Source: Octopus sinensis (Eukaryota). Taken from it: a DNA stretch of 64,000 nt. The stretch is taken from positions 201,190,001 through 201,254,000 of the forward strand of contig NC_042997.1 of assembly GCF_006345805.1 (NCBI RefSeq), given 5' to 3'. The position numbers and the translations under genes were made by a program. A model generated the notes under the pieces. The model did not search any database. It was not told the origin of the DNA and was given only the letters and a program-made list of their open reading frames with translations. Position 1 is the stretch's first letter; every line of letters starts with the position of its first letter. Below, piece by piece: positions 1 to 11,490 of this stretch.

Positions 1-174
1 TACCACAGATTTGCTTGTCAGTTGCTTGACAATAACCAGTTGAGCATGTTCTTTGGTTGGCTGATTATATGTGCGTCTCTGGTCATGAGCAGGGGCTTTT
101 CCTGTCTTCATATCCCTCATGGCTTTGTCTACCATGCTTCTGTCTATTCATCATATGTATATGTATAAGTGTGT

Positions 175-395
175 GTGTATGTATTTGTGTTTGTCCCCCA
201 CCACTGCTTGACAACCAGTGTTGGTTTGTTTACATCCCTGTAACTTAGCAGTTTGGTAAAAGAGACCGATATAATAAATACCAAGCTTAAAATAACAAAA
301 ATAAGTTCTGGGGCCATCTCATATATTTCAAGGCAGTGCCCCAGTATGGCCGCAGTCTAACGATTGAAACAAGTAAAAGACGAACGATAAAAGAG
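175..395 (+). mobile_element. 3' half of SINE family 2 (tRNA-derived, tail ending in GAGTAAAA-like repeats)
   Basis: Matches the 3' half of the fuller copies at 21007-21410 and 60900-61308 (cttgacaacc...taacttagc...ctgaaacaagtaaaaga). Confidence 0.8.
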
Positions 396-659
396 ACACT
401 TATCTGAAGTGATTCTGTTCAATATTAACAAACACGAACATCTCCACCAATCAATTAGCAAAGATGGAATTAAAATTGATATTTTGGTATTGTTTTGATT
501 CCACTCCTTCCATCGTTTTTAGAATGGTATCTCAACTTTGGAATCGACTAACTTGATAATATTTCAACTCAAACAGCTATATCGTAGTTGTTTTTGTTGC
601 TGTTGTTGTTCTCATAGACATCTTCACCCTCTTATGATCATCATCTTCTGATTCTTCAC

Positions 660-786
660 CTTCATCATTATCCTCATCACTATCATCATCACCACCACCA
701 TCATCATCATCGCCGTTGTCATCATCATCGTCATCATCGTTATCATCACCACCACTATCATCATTGTCATCACCTTCATCACCACC

Positions 787-819
<33 letters not shown>

Positions 820-948
820 TATACCATCATCAGCGTTGTCGTCGTCATCATCATCACCATCACCACTATCATCAGTATCATCATTGTCATCACCCTCATC
901 ACCACCACTGCCACTACCACCACCATCATCATAATCATCATCATCAAT

Positions 949-979
<31 letters not shown>

Positions 980-1117
980 ATATCATCGTTGTCATCATCA
1001 TCAATATCATCGTTGTCATCATCATCACCACCATCACCACTATCATCACTATCATCATTGTCATCACCTCATCACCACCGCCACGACCATCATCATCATC
1101 ATCATCATCGCTACCAC

Positions 1118-1150
<33 letters not shown>

Positions 1151-1278
1151 TATACCATCATCAGCGTTGTCGTCGTCATCATCATCACCATCACCACTAT
1201 CATCAGTATCATCATTGTCATCACCTCATCACCACCACTGCCACTACCACCACCATCATCATAATCATCATCATCAAT

Positions 1279-1309
<31 letters not shown>

Positions 1310-1480
1310 ATATCATCGTTGTCATCATCATCAATATCATCGTTGTCATCATCATCACCACCATCACCACTATCATCACTATCATCATTGTCATCACCTC
1401 ATCACCACCGCCACGACCATCATCATCATCATCATCATCGCTACCACCACCACCATCACCACCATCACCATCATCATCCT
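660..1480. repeat. Compound (CAT)n/(CAC)n microsatellite with a 330-bp higher-order duplication
   Basis: Trinucleotide repeats are directly visible. Identical peptide strings in the ORFs starting at 989 and 1319 show the 330-bp period. Confidence 0.95.
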
Positions 1481-1974
1481 CATTGTCATATTTTTCGGTA
1501 TCATCAACCTCCTTATAACAAAAAAAAAACCCTAAAAAACAAAAAAAAAACAATCTCTGATCATTGATCTGCAATTGAAATCAATCACGTCACATGTCAC
1601 CGAGTAGGCAAAAAGAGGACGGAGGACCGTAAACCTAATTTCTGTGATACTTTCACTCCAGAATACAGAAGAAGAGACATGATTAAATAGAAAAGAAGTT
1701 AAGATGGAATTTAATCTGCTTCCCTTCTACAATAATATTTATCCTTCCCTTATGTTTTTAGTTTTCATTTTGAATTCTTTTAGCTTTTGGTTCTTCTGTC
1801 TGATTGCTGGAACTTCCTCCCAGTTGTCTGCATTATTTCCTGGGGTGGTTAAGTCTGTTGCTGTCTACTGCCACAGAATTGAAAGGAAATGTCAAAAAAG
1901 AAAGAAAAAAAAAGAGAAAAAAAAAGGAAAAAAAAGAGAAAAAATCTTCTGCTTCTCATATTCTATCTGTTATG

Positions 1975-2015
<41 letters not shown>

Positions 2016-2058
2016 GTATATATATATATATATATGTATGTATATATATACATATATG

Positions 2059-2136
<78 letters not shown>

Positions 2137-2148
2137 ATATATATATGC

Positions 2149-2180
<32 letters not shown>

Positions 2181-2195
2181 TTATATACATATACT
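1975..2195. repeat. (TA)n microsatellite
   Basis: Directly visible. Confidence 0.97.
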
Positions 2196-2719
2196 TGAGC
2201 AGATAAAGAAATTCATGGCACGAACTTCAACAGCAATCAATAAACATGAAAAAAAAAAAAAAGACGGAAAAGAAAAAGCGAATTCAGCAAAGCTTTTATC
2301 TAGAAACAACATTACTTTTTCTATTTTTTCTTTCTTTTTTTTTTGTGAAACAGCCATTAATAAAACAAAAGCAAAAACAACAACGACAACAACAACAATA
2401 ATAATAATAATAATATAGTAAATGAATAAATAAATAAATAAATGAAATGAAATGAAATGAAAACTGAGAAGATTGTCACACATGATGAACATAGCAGGAA
2501 TTTTAAATGTATCTTTTAACTTTGGTAACCTCAACTTCTTTTTAAATAGCTGCTACGTATAATCTATAAGCTTCGGATAATTTTCATTCATAGCTGGAAA
2601 CTGAAAGTCCTAAACAAATCTGTCCTGATCTATCATTATAAGAAGCGGTTTAAGAGTTGACCATAAAAACTATTTCGGGTTGGGACTTAGCTTTTGTTAG
2701 ATAATTTGATATTTGTGCA

Positions 2720-2773
<54 letters not shown>

Positions 2774-2775
<2 letters not shown>

Positions 2776-2925
2776 GTTTGACTTTTGCTTTATATTTGCA
2801 CAAGCTGGCTCCAAGTCTCACCCAGAGACCTCAAGAGACAACAAGTTGGAAGTTCATGTTGGTGTTATGCCTAGGGTGCCATATATTTGGTTTTGTACAT
2901 AGTGTTGTTCTAGAGAATGTTTAAG
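2774..2925 (-). mobile_element. 3'UTR fragment of R4/Dong-like LINE subfamily A, ending in (TAA)n
   Basis: Near-identical to 4887-5040, the 3'UTR of the RLE-bearing copy, and abuts (ATT)n. Confidence 0.75.
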
Positions 2926-3173
2926 AAATCATACTAAAATTATGTTTGTTTTAAAACTTTTTAAAAATATTATTTGGTATTGTCATGATTCCACTCCTTC
3001 CATCGTTTTTAGAATGATATCTCAACTGTGGGATTGACTAACTTGATAATATTTCAACTCAAACAGCTATATCATTACTGTTGTTGTTCTCATAGACATC
3101 GTCACCCTCATCATTGACATCATCATCATCATCTTCTGCTTCTTCACCATCATGATTATCCTCATTATCCTAA

Positions 3174-3236
<63 letters not shown>

Positions 3237-3257
3237 CATTATTATTATTATTATTAT

Positions 3258-3408
3258 GTGGTGAGCTGGCAGAATCGTTAGCAAGCCAGGCAAAATGTTT
3301 AACAGTATTTTGTCTGTTTTCATGTTCTGATTTCAAATCCCACCAAGGTCGACTTTGCTGTTCATCCTTTAGGGGTCGATAAAATAAGTACCAGTTAAGT
3401 ACTGGGGG
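3258..3408 (+). mobile_element. Truncated OK-like tRNA-derived SINE (family 1)
   Basis: gagctggcagaatcgttagc head, B-box-like gttctga(t)ttcaaat, central gtcgactttgc...ggtcgataaaataagtaccag. Confidence 0.85.
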
Positions 3409-3409
3409 C

Positions 3410-3562
3410 CCTATTATTACTGGGATAACAGTTACTCTCCTCGTTGACCACATTCTTGCAAAGTTATCTCTTAGTAGTCTGTTTTTCTTCATCTTTTCCA
3501 GCTATTTGTCATCTATGTGTGCATCCCCAGGTATGGCAATAACTATGATATTGGTTTCCTTA
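3410..3562 (-). pseudogene. Degenerate R4/Dong-like restriction-like endonuclease (RLE) fragment
   Basis: Minus strand reads IAIPGDAHIDDK*LEKMKKNRLLRDNFARMWSTRRVTVIPVIIG, which resembles the RLE D-x-A-x-P...EK-xx-KY...W...VPVVIG pattern. Confidence 0.65.
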
Positions 3563-3850
3563 TGATTATTATTATTATTATTACATTTTTTTTTCTTCTT
3601 TCAAATTTGCTTCCATTTCTTGCCGAGTGTCTTCCCGACTCCTAGGGCAAAGAAACTCATAGTATACATTGGTAGGCCATTAAACTAAACTCAATAGTTC
3701 GTTCATTTTTTTTTTTTCAAGTTAAATTAAAATACATGGGTTGTAATAGTTCTCACATCGACAATGCTTTTCTCAATACGTGTGATGTACCAGTTAAGAC
3801 AATCTTTTGCACTTCTTCTTCTTCTTCTTCTTATTATTATTATCATTATT

Positions 3851-4410
3851 GAGCGAGAAAGCAGTGCATGCCCTCAAAGTGACACTGGGGTACAAATATA
3901 CGGAGCCATATATACCTATCATGACTACCCATCTTATAAGGGTTCACCATGCACATGCATCACAACCTTATGTTCATGACATGGTGATCTCATATCAAGA
4001 TAAACAGAACGTGACTTTGCAGGTGGGGCCCAGTTAGAATTTTCTTCATGTTGTGTAGGCCCATCCCACACAAAAGGCCACTGAATAAGGGTTGTTTAAG
4101 GATGTTGAACGAAACACCCATCTTTCTAGAGGTGAATTATTCAAACCCCAAAGAATTCCTCTCAACAGATGGCTATGATGCTCCCCCACTACTTCTGCTC
4201 GTAATCAGAGATGCACATATCGTCAGCCACTAAGGGACATGCTCAACTGGTGAAGGTCAAACAACCGACAAGCAAATCTGTGGTACTGAGCAGAATATTT
4301 GCTGTAGCCCATCTTTTATACCAAGACAAAACAATGTACATGATAACACTTCCAATCAGTTAAGATCAGAAGCCATGAGAGCCACTGTCTAGTACTGCAT
4401 CAGAGCATTA
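3851..4410. repeat. Unclassified ~560-bp interspersed repeat flanked by (ATT)n; partial inverted copy at 1-95
   Basis: Bases 1-95 are the reverse complement of ~4195-4285. (ATT)n lies on both flanks. Confidence 0.6.
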
Positions 4411-4487
4411 TTATATTTACTGATCTTGACAAATTCTTTCGCCACTATATTGTGATCACAAGGAATACTCATGTCAATTAATAAACA

Positions 4488-4530
<43 letters not shown>

Positions 4531-4533
<3 letters not shown>

Positions 4534-4855
4534 TAGTTTTATTTTTATGGCGTGCTTTCACTTCACTACCGAGCGCAGCTCTGTGTGCCTTGGGTATGTG
4601 CTGTGATTTGTTGTGATGCTCTGATGGTTATTGTATGGAAAGTGTTCTGCGTAGGATGTGTGCAGTGCCTAGTAGTGCAATTTTCTGTATGTTATATGTG
4701 TTTGTAAGACCTGGTGTTTTTGTTATGTATTTGTCTGAATATTTTTTTATCATGCCTAATGCACCTACTATGATAGGAATTGTTTCTGTTTTCAGATTCC
4801 ACATTCTAGTTACCTCTATTTCCAGGTCTTTGTATTTTGAGAGTTTCTCCATTTC

Positions 4856-4859
<4 letters not shown>
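4531..4859 (-). mobile_element. 5'-truncated R4/Dong-like LINE subfamily B (RLE C-terminus and 3'UTR)
   Basis: ORF 4628-4936 reads EKLSKYKDLEIEVTRMWNLKTETIPIIVGALG...LGTAHILRR. Both ends lie in (TAA)n. Confidence 0.85.
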
Positions 4860-4886
<27 letters not shown>

Positions 4887-5929
4887 CTATGTTTGACTTT
4901 TGCTTTATATTTGTACAAGTTGGCTCCAAGTCTCACCCAGAGACCTCAAGAGACAACAGGGTTGGAAGTTCATGTTGTTGTTATGCCTAGTGTGCCATAT
5001 ATTTGGGGGGTGGGGATGTTGTACTAATGAATGTTTAAAAAAAAAAAAAAAGGGTTTTTTTTTCCTTTTTCTTTTTTTTTTTTTTTTTTTTTTCCCCTTC
5101 CTCTTTAAACCGAAAATTATGGTTGTTTTAAACCTTGAGGTTACATAGAGAGTATTTTGCGTAGGATATGAGCAGTTCCCATGAGCACTATCTTTTGAAC
5201 TTCTGCCATTTTTGGGTTTCCTGGTATCTGAGTTAGGTAGCTATCAGCCCCTTTTGCTATCATTCCCAGGGCACCTATGACAACAGGTATTGTTTTAGTC
5301 TTCAGCTTCCACATTTTGCTGATTTCTATTTCAAGATCTTTATATTTGCTCAGTTTTTGGTAGGTCCTGACAGATACGTTTATATCGATTGGGACAGTCA
5401 TATCAATGAGGAGGCATGTTCTTTGTTTGAAGTCTTTCAATATGATGTCTGGCCTATTTGCATCTATCTTCCTGTCAGTTTGAATGGTGAAGTTCCAGAG
5501 GAGTGAGATGGGTCATTTTCAAGCACTGGGGGTGGTTTGTGTTCCCACCAGTTCTTTTCATGGGGCAAATCCAGGTTTTACAGATTACCAGTGAATATAT
5601 TGTGCAGCTCTATCGTGCCTGTTGAGATACTCTGTAGGCGCTAGAAGACTGCACTTGGAGACCACATGGTCAATGGTTTCATTTTGTTGCTTGCATACAC
5701 GACACGTTGGACTGCTTCTGATCTTTAATATGTTGGCCTGGTAGTTTCTTGTTGGTAGGCATTGATCTTGAGCTGCTATGATAAACCCCTCTGTTTCAGA
5801 TTTTAAGCCAGAGGCCATTAGCCATTGATGGGTCAGGGCTTTGTCGATATCTGCATTATTCGCTCTCTTTGGGTATTTGCCGTAGAGAGGTTTTTCTTGC
5901 CATTTATTATTCAGAATATCTAAGGCCGC

Positions 5930-5931
<2 letters not shown>
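4887..5931 (-). mobile_element. 5'-truncated R4/Dong-like LINE subfamily A: CCHC zinc knuckle, RLE and 3'UTR, with a frameshift near 5585
   Basis: ORF 5585-6016 contains CRVCKQQNETIDHVVSKC. ORF 5141-5440 contains LLIDMTVP...KLSKYKDLEIEISKMWKLKTKTIPVVIGALG. Flanked by (TAA)n. Confidence 0.9.
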
Positions 5932-5989
<58 letters not shown>

Positions 5990-5995
5990 TTTATT

Positions 5996-6298
5996 CAGTA
6001 GTCTTATTTTTATCACATGCCTTCACTGCACAACCGAGCACAGCTCTGTGTGCCTTGGGTATGTGCTGTGATTTGTTGTGATGCTCTGATGGTTACTGTA
6101 TTGAAAGTGTTTTACATAGGTTGTGTGCAGTGCCTAGTAATGCTATTTTCTGTATGTTATATATACTTGTTAGTCCTGGTGTTTTTGTTATGTATTTGCT
6201 TGAATATTTATTTTTTATCACACCTAATGTGCTTACTATGATAGGAATTGTTTCTGTTTTTAGACTCCGCATTCGAGTTACCTCTATTTCCAGGTCTT
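5996..6298 (-). mobile_element. 5'-truncated R4/Dong-like LINE subfamily B
   Basis: Aligns to 4531-4859 and is flanked by (ATT)n. Confidence 0.85.
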
Positions 6299-6316
6299 TA
6301 TTATTATTATTATCAT

Positions 6317-6683
6317 TATTACCTCCGCATTAGCAAAGAATGAGATATTGTCTTCAGTTGTGTTCATTTGTTTGTGTTCATGGCAAGATATCTCAAGAAC
6401 CGCTGAATGGATTCAGATGAAACTTTCAGGGATGTTTGGCCTTGTGACAGGCACGAACTGATTAGATTTTGGGAGCAATCCAGTACCGGACAAGGATTCT
6501 GGATTATTTTTCCTGTTTTTTTGCTTAATTTTTGAGAGCAGTTGGACTCATTTTTAGTATTCTCATTTGTGAGAGCAATTGAGTTTATTTCAGATATTCA
6601 TTTTAAAAACCATCTCTGGCTAATCGTTGAGAGGACGTTGGTGTTGCCTTGGCAGAGGTTTGCACTCTCTGAGTGTTCTTGTT
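6317..6683 (+). mobile_element. Non-autonomous Helentron-associated element (HINE/DINE-1-like)
   Basis: Subterminal inverted repeats acctccgc (6321) and ggcagaggt (6651). 3' hairpin gcactctctgagtg followed by tcttgtt. Internal gatgaaactttcaggg...attagattttggg motif typical of HINEs. Inserted in a T-rich repeat. Confidence 0.75.
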
Positions 6684-6899
6684 ATTATTATTAGTATTAC
6701 ATTTTGCCTTTACTTTAATTAATCCAGAAAATCCCATAATTCTTCTTCTCTATCTCAGCCTCTGGTTTGTGTTTGTACCACATTTCTATCACTTTGAATC
6801 CATGCGCTCAGTTAACATCCAAATCCATACTTTTGCCAAGACACTCTCGCAAGCTTACTTCATTCACTTAGGAGATCGTTAATACTTTGGGATCATCAT

Positions 6900-6928
6900 C
6901 ATCATCATCAACATTATTGTTATTATTA

Positions 6929-6967
<39 letters not shown>

Positions 6968-7053
6968 TATCATCATTAATATTGTTATCATTATTATTAT
7001 TATTATTATTATTATCATCATTAATATTGTTATTATTATTATTATTGTTGTTG

Positions 7054-7084
<31 letters not shown>

Positions 7085-7376
7085 CATTATTATTATTATT
7101 ATTGTTGTTGTTGTTGTTGTTGTTGTTGTTATTACTATTATTATCGTTGTTGTTGTTATTCTTGTTTTTGTTGTTGTTGTTGTTATTATTGTTGTTTTTG
7201 TTGTTATTATTATTGTTGTTGTTATTATTATTGTTGTTGTTGTTATTATTATTATTATCATCATCATTATTATTTTATTATTATTATTATTATTATCATT
7301 ATTATTATCATTATTATTATCATTATTATTATTATTATTATTATTATTTTATTATTATTATTATTATTATTATTAT
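6900..7376. repeat. Compound (ATT)/(GTT)/(ATC) microsatellite
   Basis: Directly visible. Confidence 0.95.
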
Positions 7377-8040
7377 GCCAGTGCATGCTAATTTAATTAG
7401 CAGGGATTTTATTTCAAGGTTTGTCGACAATAAGTCCCCTCAAATCTCAAGAACCTTCATTAGGATTCTTGCAGAACGTGAGTGCTTTTCTGCAGATCAG
7501 CAAATTGAGTTTCCATTCCAATCTCTTTCAGTCTTTTAAAGTAACATTCTGGGTGTTGTGCCAAGTGCACTAATTACCACAGAAATAATTGGTCCCTTAA
7601 TTTTCCATCGTCTCCTCAGTTCTCTGCCAACATCCTGATATTTCCCGATTTCTTTAGTAGCAATTCTTCTCTTATAGGAAATTGCATATCTAGGATCTTA
7701 CACTGCTTGTCTATTTTGTCCTCCATGAAGGCGGCGAGCTGGCAGACACGTTAGCGCACCGGGTGAAATGCTTAGCGGTATTTCGTCTGTCATTACGTTC
7801 TGAGTTCAAATACCGCCGAGGTCGACTTTGCCTTTCATCCTTTCGGGGTCGATAAATAAAGTACCAGTTTCGCACTGGGGGCGATATAATCCACTCAATC
7901 CCTTCGTCTGTCCTTGTTTGTCCCCTCTATGTTTAGCCCCTTCTGGGCAGTAAAGAAATTTATTTTGTCCTCCATGATCATACCTAATCTCTTTTGGTTT
8001 GATATTATGATCAATCTTCATGGAGAAATCCCACAATCAT
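7377..8040 (-). pseudogene. Degenerate R4/Dong-like RLE region interrupted by a SINE
   Basis: After removing the SINE at 7729-7960 the minus strand reads WDFSMKIDHNIK...KEIGKYQDVGRELRRRWKIKGPIISVVISALG. Confidence 0.65.
7729..7960 (+). mobile_element. Full-length family-1 (OK-like) SINE with 17-bp TSD
   Basis: TSD tattttgtcctccatga at 7712-7728 and 7961-7977. Confidence 0.95.
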
Positions 8041-8340
8041 CATCATCACCATCATCGTTTAACCTCCACTTTCCATGCTGGAATGGGTTGGACTGTTTGA
8101 CTGAGGACTGGCAAGCCAACCAACCACCCCGAGAGTGTAGTGGGTGTTTTTTATGTGCCACCAGCACAGGAGCCCGTCAGGTGGGCCTGGCATCGATCCC
8201 ATTTGGATAATGTTTTTTATGTGCCACCGGCACAGGGGCCAGTCAGGCAGTCCTGGTATCAATCACATTTGTATAATGCTTTTTATGTGATACAAGCACA
8301 GGGGCCAGTCAGATGGTGCTTTTACGTGCCACTGGCACAA
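8040..8340 (-). mobile_element. RTE-type LINE/SINE 3' end with (GAT)n tail and tandem ~65-bp units
   Basis: catcatcgtttaac...ttccatgctgg...gggttgga motif shared with the RTE tail at 37740-39090. Confidence 0.75.
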
Positions 8341-8352
8341 GAGTCAATCATT

Positions 8353-8575
8353 AAGGTGGGGAACTGGCAGAATTCCTTGCATGCGGGTAAAAATTCTTAA
8401 TGGCATTTTGTCTGCCTTTACCTTCTGTGTTCAAATTCCACTGAGATTGATTTTGCCTTTCATCCTTTGAGGTCAATGAAATAAGTACCATTTGAATACT
8501 GGGGTTCAATGTAATTTACTTGCACCCCCTCACCCCTCAAAATACTGGTCTTCTGACAAAATTTGAAACCGATGT
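8353..8575 (+). mobile_element. Diverged family-1 SINE
   Basis: gttcaaattcc...gcctttcatcctt...aagtacca core. Confidence 0.75.
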
Positions 8576-8739
8576 TTTTACATCTCTATTCTACTGCGGT
8601 CTACTGAAATGGCTGGTCCTTCTGTTGGGCCCATGTTGTAAAGACCCCCATTTGTACCAAGCATTCTCCAGATCTAACAATCTCTCACAGTGGCACTTTG
8701 CTATGTCTCTTGTTTTTTGGGTTTTTTTAAAATATGACC

Positions 8740-9147
8740 GCCTGATTGGCACGCGTGCCAGTGGGGCATTAAAAGCACATTCAAGCATGATCATTGCCAG
8801 GGTCATGGATTGGCTCCCATACCGGTGGCAGTTAAATAGCACCATTCAAGCATGATTGTTGCCAGTACTGCCGGACTGGCTCCCATGCAAGTAGCACATA
8901 AAAAACACCATTTGAGTGCAGTAGTTGCCAGAACTGCCTGACTGGCCCTTATGCTGGTGACAAGTAAAAGCACCCACTACACTCTTGAAGTGGTTGGCGT
9001 TAGGAAGGGCATCCAGCTGTAGAAACTTTGTTGGATCAGATCGAGCCTGGTGCAGCCTCTGGCACACCAATCCTCAGTTAAACCATCCAACCCATGCCAG
9101 CATGGAAAGCAGATGTTAAACGACAATGATGATGATGATGATGATGA
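8740..9147 (+). mobile_element. RTE-type 3' end with (GAT)n tail
   Basis: ...ccatccaacccatgccagcatggaaagc...aaacgacaatgatgatg. Confidence 0.75.
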
Positions 9148-10261
9148 ACATGTCTTGAATGGCACAACAATGCTGATTAGACTATAATAACTGTTATAAC
9201 TTAATTATCCATAATCTGATATAATAATAATAATAATAATAATATTTCAGATAATAATAAAAATTCCTTCTTCAGATATCGCTACGAATTGATCAACTCA
9301 CTGCTATAATTAGTTCTCTAATGGTTACTGAATTCTTTTTTTTTTCTGGAAGTGTCTCTGCAGCGTACTGACGAAGCTCCTTCCAGAATTCCTCATGAGA
9401 AGTGTGTGAGGGCAGCCATGTCTCAAGCTCATGTGTGTTGGCACATCTGCAGCACTGCTTCTAAGTTATGTTTTTTTTTACTGCATATCCTTTCACTGAA
9501 TCTTTCATAAGTTATTCGTCGCTCAACCATCCACTCTGCTACACTTCCTTGTATCACACATTCATTTAGATTATTTCCAATGCTGGCTGCTGAAGGATTT
9601 CAAATGTTTCATCCAAAATCCTAGGATCCCATCTACTTCTGGAGCTTTGCCACTAGTAACATCTTTACCTGTGGCAGGACATTGTCCCTACTTGTAGAAA
9701 TTTTTTTTTTTTTGTTTTTCGCTTTCCTATGTTGCTTGATTCTGTCTTAACTATTTTGACAAATTCTTCATTTCCATCTTGTGCAATTATCCATCCTCAC
9801 ATTCTTGTCCAAAATTCTCCTCCTTCCTCTGTATCTTCACAAACATTAAGTAAAACTGTCTAATTAGACCCCTAAACTCCCTAAACTACTGTTCATTTTT
9901 TACATAGTCTCTCTTTGATATAGTCTATCCCAAGGGTAAGCCTTTTTCTCATATGTATTATATTTCTATTCAAGCTAAGCCTTGCAGTGTTATTTTCTTA
10001 AGTTATCTTTCATCTACTTTCCAATCTCACTCAAATCTCTTTCATCTTTATGTCACCTTCAGTATGTCTTTTCCATCAGAGATCCTGTTTCTCTCTTTTT
10101 ATCTGCATCTTTTGCCTTCACCACTTTACTAACAACAACTTTTTTCAGCAAAAGATTAAACTACAGGTGTCAATGATGTATGCAGTTGTAACATATACAA
10201 ACACAACATCCACTATTTTGCTTCAGCTGCAATTTTTCTGCAGCTAATACATTTAAAAGTT

Positions 10262-11065
10262 AAGGTGCTCAAGCTGGCAGAAACATTAGCACGCCAGGCG
10301 AAATGCTTAGCGGTATATATCGTCTGCCGTTATGTTCTGAGTTCAAATTCTGCCGAGTTCGACTTTGCCATTCATCCTTTCGGGGTCGATTAAATAAGTA
10401 CCAGTTACGCACTGGGGTCGATACAGTCGACTTAATCCGTTTGTCTGTCCTTGTTTTTCCCTTTGTGGGCAGTAAAGAAATAAGAAATGTTAGCATGCCG
10501 GATGAAATGCTTAGCGGTATTTCATCTGTCTTTACATTCTGAGTTCAAATTCCGCTGAGGGTGACTTTGCCTTTCATCCTTTTGGGAGTCAATAAACTAA
10601 GTACCAGTTGCATACTGGGATCGATCTAATCGACTGGCTCCCTCCCCCAAAATTTTGGGCCTTGTGCTTAGAGTAGAAATATGAGCATGCTGGGGGGAAA
10701 TGCTTTACATTCTGAGTTAAAATTCCATCAAGGTCGACTTTGCCTTTCATCCTTTCAGCATTGATAAATTAAGTACCAGTTTCATATTGAGGTTGACCTA
10801 ATGACTGCCCCCCCCCTCCTCAAAATTTTGGGCCTTGTGCCTAGAGTAGGAAAGAATATATCGAAAATTCAAGGCAGCAAGATGGCAGAATCTTAATCAC
10901 ACAGGACAAAATGCTTAGCAGTAGTTTCTCTTTACCTTCTGAATTCAAATTCAAACAAGATTCATCCTTTTGGGGGTCAATAAAATAAGTACCAGTTGAT
11001 TACTGGGTCCATGCAATCAACTTACCCTAAAATTGCTGGCCTTGTGCCAAAATTTTAAACCAATA
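10262..11065 (+). mobile_element. Head-to-tail array of four family-1 SINEs
   Basis: Four successive gagttcaaattc/gcctttcatcc/aagtaccagtt cores, with two different tail types. Confidence 0.9.
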
Positions 11066-11209
11066 TGTCTAAAGTTTAATGGTTTTAATACTTTCTGAAT
11101 TATTTAGAATTTCTTTTAATCCCATATATATATGTATATATATATATGTATATGGTGTTGTTTTGGTTTGATGGTAATCTTCTAAGAATTGCTTCCACCA
11201 TATGAATGA

Positions 11210-11490
11210 GATTCTTATGAGGACAACGGCGATGGTGGTGGTGGTGACGATGACGATGATGATGATGATAATGTTGACGATGATGATGACGATGATGACT
11301 ATGATGATGATGATGATGACGGCAACGACGATAGTGGTAGTGGTGGTGCAGGCGATGATGATGACGATGATGATGATGTCAATGATGATGAAGATGATGA
11401 AGATGATGATGATGATGACGACGATGGGGTGATGATGATGATAACAATGACAATGACGATGATGATGATAATGAGGAGGAGGAGGAGGAA
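11210..11490. repeat. (GAT)/(GAC)/(GGT) microsatellite
   Basis: Directly visible. Confidence 0.95.

Noticed and set aside
624-1574. Ser-, His- and Met-rich ORFs
   Set aside because: Translations of (CAT)n/(CAC)n in all frames. The same applies to 11069-11578, 34124-34581 and 42414-42950.
1704-2418. Long ORFs with YIYI tracts
   Set aside because: (TA)n has no stop in these frames. The same applies to the many poly-YI, poly-I, poly-L and poly-N ORFs in the window.
9260-9950. Decayed retroelement-like ORF on the minus strand
   Set aside because: Many stops and no diagnostic motif, so it cannot be classified.
10262-11065. SINE heads as functional tRNA genes
   Set aside because: No cloverleaf with a paired acceptor stem, and each continues into SINE body and tail.
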